Shown here piece after piece: positions 56,808-64,000 of a stretch of 64,000 nt of DNA. The stretch spans positions 160,001-224,000 of the forward strand of contig CAWJEN010000003.1 in assembly GCA_963841915.1 (NCBI GenBank), in the 5' to 3' direction. Source of the stretch: an uncultured Planctomycetota bacterium (GTDB lineage: Bacteria; Planctomycetota; Phycisphaerae; Tepidisphaerales; Tepidisphaeraceae). The stretch's first letter is position 1. Every line of letters begins with the position of its first letter. The notes under the pieces were generated by a model. That model searched no databases and had not been told where the DNA came from. It was given only the letters and a program-made list of their open reading frames with translations. The translations under genes and the position numbers were made by a program.

Positions 56808-57638
56808 ATGTTCGGTTCCATCGCCAACTTCTTTCGCAAAATAGGGTACCTGCTCACCGGCAAGGTCGACGACGCCAGTCGCGGCATGGCCGAAAATCCG
56901 CAGGTGATTCGCGCCACCTTTGAACGCGTCATTCGCGAGAAAAAGCAGCGTCTAGATCAGTACAAGAACGCGGTCGCCCGCATGATCGCCCAGGAAGAGG
57001 GCAAGCTGGCTCGCCTGAAGGATCTGACGAAGGAGATCGAACGGCTCGAACAGCTTAAGCAAGGCGCTGCCGCCAAGGCCAAGCAGGTCGTTACCTGGCT
57101 GCAGGGCGAAGGCAAGAGCATGGACGAGATCAAGGCCAACGCCGACTACCAGAAGTGCCTGGCAGCGTTCAACGACTTCGACAGCTCGCTGAAGGAAAAG
57201 GAAGGGCACGTCATCGAGCTCGAGAGCGATGTCAAGGACATTCAGTCCACCGTCAGCCACCACAAGGTGCAGCTCCAGACATTGCTCCGCGAGATCGATC
57301 AGATCAAGGGTGAGAGCGAAGCCACGGTGGCCGACGTCATTACGGCTACGGAGGAGAAACAGATCAACGACATGCTGGCGGGCGTAAGCACTGACCGCAC
57401 GGGTCGCGAGCTCGAAGAGTTGCGTGGCCTTCGCCAGCAGGCCAAGGCCTCTGCACGGGTCAGCCGCGAGATGGCCGGGACCGACACGAAGGTGCAGGAA
57501 GAAGAATTCCTCGACTACGCCAGCAAGTCGGCGGCATCGACCGAATTCGACAAGCTCATCGGCCTGGCCGAGTCGGCAGACGCGACCAATACGCCACCCG
57601 AGCGTGAGAGTGAGCCGGTTCGCCTGCCCGAGTCGTAA
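56808..57638 (+). CDS. PspA/IM30 (ESCRT-III-like) coiled-coil protein
   Basis: Amphipathic MFGSIANFFRKIG start, ENPQ motif, long heptad helices and an acidic tail. Confidence 0.75.
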   Translation: MFGSIANFFRKIGYLLTGKVDDASRGMAENPQVIRATFERVIREKKQRLDQYKNAVARMIAQEEGKLARLKDLTKEIERLEQLKQGAAAKAKQVVTWLQGEGKSMDEIKANADYQKCLAAFNDFDSSLKEKEGHVIELESDVKDIQSTVSHHKVQLQTLLREIDQIKGESEATVADVITATEEKQINDMLAGVSTDRTGRELEELRGLRQQAKASARVSREMAGTDTKVQEEEFLDYASKSAASTEFDKLIGLAESADATNTPPERESEPVRLPES

Positions 57639-57736
57639 GGTTTGGCCAGCGGGCGCGACAACGCCGTGTCCGAGCTGCGTCCACGCGGCCGGTGCACGCG
57701 TATAACGTCATACTCCCGCCAATCCCTCTGATCTCG

Positions 57737-58708
57737 ATGACACGAATGCTGCTTCCCTCTTCCCGCCGACGCGCTTTTACGCTTGTTGAGCTTCTCGTCG
57801 TCATCGGCATCATCGCGTTGCTGATCGGCATCCTGCTGCCGACGCTGAACCGAGCCCGCTCGTCGGCCAAGGTCGTCGCGTGCCTCAGCAACGTGCGGCA
57901 GCTCGGCACCGGCATCGCTGGCTATGTCGCAGAAGAGCAGGGCTCGCTGCCGGAGGCCGTTTACAACAACAAGACAGGCCTCTTGAGCCCGGTGGGCGTG
58001 AGCACAGCTCGTGGCATGGACATGCCGACGTGGTTCGAATTTCCCAACAGCGGCTTCTCGTTCGGCAGCTTTGGGAATCCCGCGGCAGCGCCGACGGTCT
58101 ACATCCTGCCGACCATCGGCGAGGCGCTCATCCCGTTCAACGACGAGTCTGGTGAGGGTGTCTGGCAGTGCCCCAACGGAGGCGCGGACTACAACGCCAA
58201 GGACCCATTTGAAGTCGACGGTGACAATCCGCTGACTGGAACAACGGCGCCGAACGTCTGGCTGCCGAATTACTATTACCAGGCAAACAAGCTGTACCTG
58301 CCGTTCAGCAATCCGAGCGTCGCGACCACGCGCGTGAAGTCGCCTGATGGAGTTGCAGCACCATTCAATGCGGCCGACTGGACCGTCCGCAACGTCAGCG
58401 GCCTCAAGGCCGCCGCCGCCCGTCCGCTTGAAGGTGGCGGGAGCGACGTCGTCGTCTTCGGCGAGTACAAAAGCACGTTCCACACCAGCAGCGACAAAGA
58501 CGTCTACCAGCTGCAAGAAGACGAAGAGACCGAGTATCTCGGCAACTACGCGTATCTTGACGGCCACGGCGAAACGCAGCGGTACGAAGACCGCGACGGC
58601 TACATGGCCCAGTTGCACAACCCGATTCCGCAGAAGTGGTTCGGCGTCAACTTCCAGGAGCAATTCCCCGAGCAGTACGACGTCGCCAACTGGTACTTCA
58701 ACCAGTAA
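57737..58708 (+). CDS. Prepilin-type N-terminal cleavage / H-X9-DG domain protein
   Basis: AFTLVELLVVIGIIALLIGILLP, CLSNVRQ, WQCP and C-terminal GNYAYLDGH. Confidence 0.92.
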   Translation: MTRMLLPSSRRRAFTLVELLVVIGIIALLIGILLPTLNRARSSAKVVACLSNVRQLGTGIAGYVAEEQGSLPEAVYNNKTGLLSPVGVSTARGMDMPTWFEFPNSGFSFGSFGNPAAAPTVYILPTIGEALIPFNDESGEGVWQCPNGGADYNAKDPFEVDGDNPLTGTTAPNVWLPNYYYQANKLYLPFSNPSVATTRVKSPDGVAAPFNAADWTVRNVSGLKAAAARPLEGGGSDVVVFGEYKSTFHTSSDKDVYQLQEDEETEYLGNYAYLDGHGETQRYEDRDGYMAQLHNPIPQKWFGVNFQEQFPEQYDVANWYFNQ

Positions 58709-58732
58709 GCCTGGCGTGCCGGCTCGGCCTGA

Positions 58733-59725
58733 TCAATCCGGCCGACCGGCTAGCCGCTCCAGAATGACATCCTTTGCCTCGGGCTTCGGCACCGTCAGGT
58801 AAAGGTACTTCGAGTCGCCCTCGACAGGCGTTGCAATGAGGTAAGGCTTCTTCGAGTCGAGCGGAGCCTGCTTCTGTGCAGCCTGCTCGTCCGTCGCCTC
58901 AATGATCTCCAGCGTGACCGGGATCGACTCGATCAGCTCCGGGTGCGTCAACCAAAGGTCGGCCAGCGTGTCAAAGGGGTTGAAGCCGGGCGTCTGCAAC
59001 CCGACGAGCCACTGTGTCAGCCAGGGTTTGCTCGTTTCAGCGATCCACTTACCGACGGCCGACGATTCGGCCAGGCTCTCCAGGTCGGCCGGTGTCAGCC
59101 AGACGTGGCTGCTGACTTCGTAGCCGGCAAAGACGATCGGCACGCCACTGTCGAGCAGGATTTGCGTTCCCTCGACGTCCTTCTCGAAGTTGGCATCCGG
59201 GAAGAAGAATTGCGGTGCTTCCTCAGGCCCGAAGCGGAAACCCTCACGCCGCGCGGCGACGATGACAAGGCTTTGCATCCGCTCGCCCAGCTCAGGATGA
59301 AGCTTGAGCACAGTCGCGACGTTCGTCACCGGCCCAAGGGCCAGCACGTGCATCGGCCGCTCTTTGAGTGCTGCGGCGAGAGCCTTCGTCGCCTCGTTCT
59401 CAACGCCAAGATCGTCCACGGACGCAGCCCCTTCGTAGACGCCGAGCCCGTCGGGGCCGAAGTCGTCGACGACCTGATGGGCGATGGGCATCGCCTGCTC
59501 GAGAGTCGCATTGCCAAATTGCACGCTGACGCCGTGAATCGTCAGCTCGGGCGAGTTGAACGCATAGATCATCGCCAGGCCGTCATCGACGTCGGCGTTG
59601 CGGCCGTTCTTGATCACGCCGGTCGAAGTGTCGACATCGAGCCACACGTCGATCGGCTTGTCGGCAGCACCGGCGACGCTGAAGGCGGCGAGCAGAAACA
59701 AAAGGGCGAGGCGTAAATTGACCAT
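58733..59725 (-). CDS. Exported nucleoside hydrolase (IU-NH family)
   Basis: Signal peptide; DVDT…DVDD, FGN, LGPVTNVA, DANF and PFDT motifs. Confidence 0.85.
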   Translation of the reverse strand: MVNLRLALLFLLAAFSVAGAADKPIDVWLDVDTSTGVIKNGRNADVDDGLAMIYAFNSPELTIHGVSVQFGNATLEQAMPIAHQVVDDFGPDGLGVYEGAASVDDLGVENEATKALAAALKERPMHVLALGPVTNVATVLKLHPELGERMQSLVIVAARREGFRFGPEEAPQFFFPDANFEKDVEGTQILLDSGVPIVFAGYEVSSHVWLTPADLESLAESSAVGKWIAETSKPWLTQWLVGLQTPGFNPFDTLADLWLTHPELIESIPVTLEIIEATDEQAAQKQAPLDSKKPYLIATPVEGDSKYLYLTVPKPEAKDVILERLAGRPD

Positions 59726-59751
59726 CCGGCACAATAGTCAGCGGACGGGAC

Positions 59752-60807
59752 TCACTGCAGAAACGGCTCGAGCGACCCACCGACTACGGCCTTGCGAGCC
59801 GACAACAGCAGCGCGGCCCGGCGACCCTTCGACTCTACAATCGGCAGCTGCGCCACGCCGATGAGTCGGCGGACGACTTCGCACCCGGCCACCCGCGCGA
59901 GCAGCGAGGCGTCGACATCGGCAACTCCGTAGGCCTCGTGGAACGCGCGCACATCGACCGTCGGCCGCCCCGCGAGCAAGAGATGGCCAGTCATGATGCC
60001 GACGTCGATCGCCCGGTCACCGGCGAAGCAGAACTCAGGATCGATGACGCGAAGCCCTTGCTTCGTCCGGACGAGCGAGCCGGGAAAGAAGTCGCCGTGC
60101 AACAGGACGCTGTCACACGTCGGCTTAGCCAGGTAGGCCTGGCCCGTCGCCTTAACCGCCGCCACGAAGGCTTCGTCTGCCCGCAGCTCTTTAGCGGCTT
60201 GTGCCAAGCCGGGTTCAAGGCCGTTTAGCTCGATCATCCCGTGATCCTGCATCGGAATGTCGTAGATGTGGGCATGGTTGAGCTGCCGCATCTCGCGGTT
60301 GGCGAAGTCGTCGCCTTGCTCACCGAGTGTCAGTTCGTGCAGCTTGCGAAGATACGTCGCCGCTGCCTGAAGCTCTTGAACAGTGATTTTGCCGCCGCTG
60401 TAGACGCTGCTGAGGTCGCTAGCTTCTCCGAGATCTTCAAGGAGAAGTGTGCGAGTCTCTGCATCGTCGCCGAGCAGTGCCGGCATGACATCTGCCACGC
60501 CGCCGTTTCCGCGAACCCGCTCGTAGAACCGCTTCTCGACGACCGCCCGGTCCCACGGAGCGGCGATCATGTCGTACTTCTCGACCCACGGCCGACTCTG
60601 TTTCAAAATCACGCTGCGGCGGTTCGTTGTGACCCGCAGCACGAGATTCATGTTCCCTTCACCGGCGATGTCGAGCTTCGTGATCGACTCGCCGTCTTGC
60701 AGATAGCCGAGCCGATGGCATAGCGCTTCGGCCGCCGATGGATCAGCCTTGTCCAGGAACGCGAAGTCGGCATGTTCGGCAGTGGCGGTTTCTCGAACGG
60801 TCGACAT
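59752..60807 (-). CDS. mtnK: 5-methylthioribose kinase-like phosphotransferase
   Basis: GEGNMNLVLRV, ILKQSRPWV, LHGDFFPGS and VIDPEF motifs. Confidence 0.72.
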   Translation of the reverse strand: MSTVRETATAEHADFAFLDKADPSAAEALCHRLGYLQDGESITKLDIAGEGNMNLVLRVTTNRRSVILKQSRPWVEKYDMIAAPWDRAVVEKRFYERVRGNGGVADVMPALLGDDAETRTLLLEDLGEASDLSSVYSGGKITVQELQAAATYLRKLHELTLGEQGDDFANREMRQLNHAHIYDIPMQDHGMIELNGLEPGLAQAAKELRADEAFVAAVKATGQAYLAKPTCDSVLLHGDFFPGSLVRTKQGLRVIDPEFCFAGDRAIDVGIMTGHLLLAGRPTVDVRAFHEAYGVADVDASLLARVAGCEVVRRLIGVAQLPIVESKGRRAALLLSARKAVVGGSLEPFLQ

Positions 60808-60843
60808 GATGAAGTTCTAGGTCGCGTGCGATAAGCTGCCGGC

Positions 60844-61698
60844 GTGCCGGGCCACTTCGACAGCATCGGTTTTCCGGCCGACGACGCCTCTGCCCTCGAC
60901 CTGTTCGTCAAGCGGGCCATGGCCGAGGGGGACCAACTTGAGGTCATCGGCGCAGATCCCGGCTGGGGTGGTCGGTACATCGGCTGGGACGCCGGCGACG
61001 GGGCCATGCTTTGGGTCAGCATCAACGAGAAGGGCGAGCGGACGAGCGTCGACCCGCATTACGCCGGCCGCGGCAGGGCCAATGTCGCGCTCGAACGCAG
61101 CTACGACTACGAACAGGCACCACCGGCCGGTGGCGTCTTCGTCTACGTTGCCGTCGGCTCCGAGGAGGAGACTAAAGCCGGCCTCGACTTACCGGCTTTT
61201 GCCCGCTTCTACGACATGGCATGTGACCTTGACGGCAACGCGCTGGTGCAGATCGCTGCCTTCTGTCACGGCGGTGAGACGTTCGACTCCATCGAGGCTT
61301 ACGACGCTGCCGTCGCCGAAGATGCCAAGGACAACCCGCACCTCAACTTCGCCGCCGAATCGTTCTTGCCGATCGGCCTCATGAGTGACGGCGAACTTCC
61401 ACCGGCGACGGCCAGAATCAGCGGCACTATTCTAGAAGTTCGCCGCCTGACCAACCGCTGGACGCAGCGGCCTTACTGGGCGGTCCTGGTCAAAACAGTC
61501 GGCATGACGGTCGATGTTGTAGCCGACGACGACCAGCTGACCGGCGAGCCGATCGTCGGCGGCATCGTGGCCGGCTCGTTCTGGCTCTCGGCCATGCCGG
61601 CCGACGGCCCCATCAACGCAAACGTTGCGGCCATCAACGACGCAACCGCCGCAGTACCGCCGCAAATCACGATCACGAGCCTCGGCGACGAACCTTGA
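60844..61698 (+). CDS. Hypothetical protein
   Basis: 284-aa ORF with host-like codon usage and a C-terminal OB-like segment (ARISGTI…IVAGSFWLS). Confidence 0.75.
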   Translation: MPGHFDSIGFPADDASALDLFVKRAMAEGDQLEVIGADPGWGGRYIGWDAGDGAMLWVSINEKGERTSVDPHYAGRGRANVALERSYDYEQAPPAGGVFVYVAVGSEEETKAGLDLPAFARFYDMACDLDGNALVQIAAFCHGGETFDSIEAYDAAVAEDAKDNPHLNFAAESFLPIGLMSDGELPPATARISGTILEVRRLTNRWTQRPYWAVLVKTVGMTVDVVADDDQLTGEPIVGGIVAGSFWLSAMPADGPINANVAAINDATAAVPPQITITSLGDEP

Positions 61699-61704
61699 GC
61701 ATCT

Positions 61705-62460
61705 TCACGGCTGCAGCCGGACCACCGCTGCGATGCCGTCCTTTTCAAGCGTCAACGCAAGGACGAGCGGCCTGCCCCGCGTGTCGCATCGCAGCGTCGG
61801 GTCGAGCCGGCGGAGATGGTTCATCGAGAATCCGACCGGCAACATCAACCCGTCGACGGCTAACTCTGCGCTGCCGCCGTTGGCAGCGAACGGCTTGAGG
61901 TAGAACCATGTGGCGTCGCCGACAATCGTTTTCCTGACCGCTGTCTGGCTTCGGCTCCAAGCGATTGCTCCCAAGCCGGCCGTTGCGACGACGGTGACCG
62001 CCAAGCCGATGATCCACCGCCTGCCGGCGAACGTCACGCATGCTGCACAGGCCGCCGCGGCGATGGCGGCGATGACAACCCGCTCGTTCATCGGCCGCTG
62101 TGGCTTCCACGACAACACGCCGTCGTACGCCCTCGGCTCGACCGTGTGCACCTCATGCTCAACCGGCAGCACCTCCACGTCGAGTGCAGTCGCTTCATCC
62201 GCGAGCGTCACGAGCCACGGCGACGTTACATCCGGCGGCACCAAAAGCGGCACCACCACCGTTCCGCCTGCGTGCGGCCACGTTGTCGTCGATCCTGCTC
62301 CGCCATACAGCGTGAGCTGGCCCGTTGTTGCCTGTGAAACTTCTATCGCCGCGTACCTGCCGGGCGTGATGGCGGTGTCGAGCAGACGCAACTCTACCCC
62401 GCCGGCCGAAACGGCTGAGAGAGCGAGCGTCATCAGCACAAGCCTGAGCGACACCTTCAC
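61705..62460 (-). CDS. Hypothetical exported/membrane protein
   Basis: GTG start overlaps the upstream stop; signal peptide and two TM helices. Confidence 0.65.
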   Translation of the reverse strand: MKVSLRLVLMTLALSAVSAGGVELRLLDTAITPGRYAAIEVSQATTGQLTLYGGAGSTTTWPHAGGTVVVPLLVPPDVTSPWLVTLADEATALDVEVLPVEHEVHTVEPRAYDGVLSWKPQRPMNERVVIAAIAAAACAACVTFAGRRWIIGLAVTVVATAGLGAIAWSRSQTAVRKTIVGDATWFYLKPFAANGGSAELAVDGLMLPVGFSMNHLRRLDPTLRCDTRGRPLVLALTLEKDGIAAVVRLQP

Positions 62461-64000
62461 ATCTCCAGTCGCGTCGCCAGACGCAGTATCTCGGCCACGC
62501 TCCATGCCGAGGCAAAGCAACCGCCGGGGCGGTACGGGTGCTCGCCGTCGAAGATTTCGCTGACACTCCCGACGCAGCCATTGTCTTCGAGCTGCTCGAT
62601 AAGCGGCCTCAGCCACGTGCGTGCCCGCCGAATGCTGGCAGCGTCGTTGCCTTGAATGCGCAGGTGCGCGTCGAGGAACGGCCCGATCAGCCAAGGCCTG
62701 ACGCTGCCGTTGTTGGCCGCACGGGCTCGCTCGGCTTCCGAGCCTGTGAAGCGAGGCACGTAATTCTTGTCGTCGCGAGACAGGGTCCGAAGACCGAACG
62801 GCGTGAGCAAGTGCCTGCGGACGACATCGACCGTGACCTGCTGTGCCTCTTCGCATAGGGGCGAGTGCGGCAGGCTGACGGCGAAGATTTGATTCGGCCG
62901 TAGCGTCTCGTCCCGCTCATAGGTGCCGGGCGTGCCTCTCACGACATCCGCCAAGCCGCGGCGGTCGGGAAGTATGAAAGCCTCGGCAAAAGACGTCTGC
63001 ACGCGCGCGGCTTCCTCTTCGAGCCCGAGCAGCACCAGCGCGTTGTACCACAGCGCGTTGAGCTCGACGGCTTTGCCGTGACGCGGCGTGAAGACGATGT
63101 CGCCGTCGCTGGTGTCCATCCAAGTGAGCGCGTTGGTCTCGTCACCGGCTTGAAGCAAGCCATCGGCAGGATCAACCTTGATGCCGATGTCGCTTCCGGC
63201 TTGATACCCCTCCACGACGCCCTCGCAAGCCGGTCGGAGCAGGGCGTCGAAGGTGTCGTGGTCCTTCGTTGCCCGCAGGTAGGCGAAGGCGGCATTGATG
63301 AACCACAAGCTCGCGTCGGCGGTGTCGTAGAGCGGCTCGTGTGTGCTGGCCACGAAGTGATTCGGGATCATGCCGTCGCTTGCGTACTGGGCGAAGGTGC
63401 TAAGCACCTGCCCGGCGACGTCGTGTCGACCCGTTGCCAGTAGCAGGCCCGGCAGGGCGATGAACGTGTCACGGCCCCAGTCGGTCGGCCAGGGGTAGCC
63501 TGCCAGGATCGTCGTGCCGGGCATGCCATCCGGTCGCCGACGCTTGACGACGAAGTCTGCCGCGGCCCGATGCAGCCGCCGCTGCGTCTGCGTCGGCGCC
63601 GGGTTCCTATGCAGCCCTGCCCGGCGACGCTGCTGTTCCCGGTGCAAGTCGAGCTCGGAAAGGTCGTCGACGCCGATCCAGAACGTCACGCTGTCGCCGG
63701 CGTCGGCATCAGGCTGAAACTTGAAAGAGCCTGGCAGAAACAGGTCTTCGCGGTCGTCCATGCCCCGCAGTCGTTCGAGCGGATACGTGTGCGCGTACCA
63801 CCAATCCGGCGTCGCCTCGAACGGTGCATTGTTGTCGGCCACACGGATACGGCAAGATGCGGACTGCGTCGTAACCCACACGCCGTCGGCCGTCTCGGCG
63901 ACGTGGAAGCTGGCGTCGCTGGAATGCCTCAGATCGTGATGTCGCCGAAGCGACAGGAACGGCGACAGTCGCAAGCTCAGCGGCCCGTCGTGCCCCGGTG
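62457..64000 (-). CDS. Amylo-alpha-1,6-glucosidase / glycogen debranching enzyme (5' end outside window)
   Basis: AGYPW.TDWGRDTFIALPG, DASLWF, LTWMD, GKAVELNALWY, RPNQIFA and SEIFDG…AWSVAE motifs. Confidence 0.92.
   Translation of the reverse strand, partial: PGHDGPLSLRLSPFLSLRRHHDLRHSSDASFHVAETADGVWVTTQSASCRIRVADNNAPFEATPDWWYAHTYPLERLRGMDDREDLFLPGSFKFQPDADAGDSVTFWIGVDDLSELDLHREQQRRRAGLHRNPAPTQTQRRLHRAAADFVVKRRRPDGMPGTTILAGYPWPTDWGRDTFIALPGLLLATGRHDVAGQVLSTFAQYASDGMIPNHFVASTHEPLYDTADASLWFINAAFAYLRATKDHDTFDALLRPACEGVVEGYQAGSDIGIKVDPADGLLQAGDETNALTWMDTSDGDIVFTPRHGKAVELNALWYNALVLLGLEEEAARVQTSFAEAFILPDRRGLADVVRGTPGTYERDETLRPNQIFAVSLPHSPLCEEAQQVTVDVVRRHLLTPFGLRTLSRDDKNYVPRFTGSEAERARAANNGSVRPWLIGPFLDAHLRIQGNDAASIRRARTWLRPLIEQLEDNGCVGSVSEIFDGEHPYRPGGCFASAWSVAEILRLATRLEM

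Overview
High-GC (~65%) bacterial chromosome window, most likely from a Planctomycetota (Phycisphaerae-like) genome. That assignment is inferred from an LEPRxLL-type signal on a large RTX protein, a prepilin/H-X9-DG protein, PEP-CTERM proteins and the futalosine menaquinone genes. It is mostly core and housekeeping content: recG, a nuoG-like gene, pheA, mqnE, mqnA, glk, argD, plsY, def-fmt, waaF, a rodA/ftsW-family gene and tRNA-Arg(TCT). It also holds a Wzm/Wzt-glycosyltransferase cluster and a translationally coupled anmK-murQ-SSS transporter-nagZ peptidoglycan-recycling operon. Notable non-coding signals are two perfect parS palindromes at 15716 and 15790 (suggesting proximity to the origin), an 8x21-bp tandem repeat, and a repeat-dense locus at 41229-42098. 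In that locus a low-GC orphan gene is bracketed by 25-bp inverted repeats and arrays of partial copies, which looks like a REP/REPIN-type gene cassette with no transposase in the window. Two conserved genes (wzt and an ARA1-like sugar kinase) carry single-base frameshifts in the same GCGCCGG context, probably assembly errors. All product calls come from motif recognition by eye; no database searches were run.
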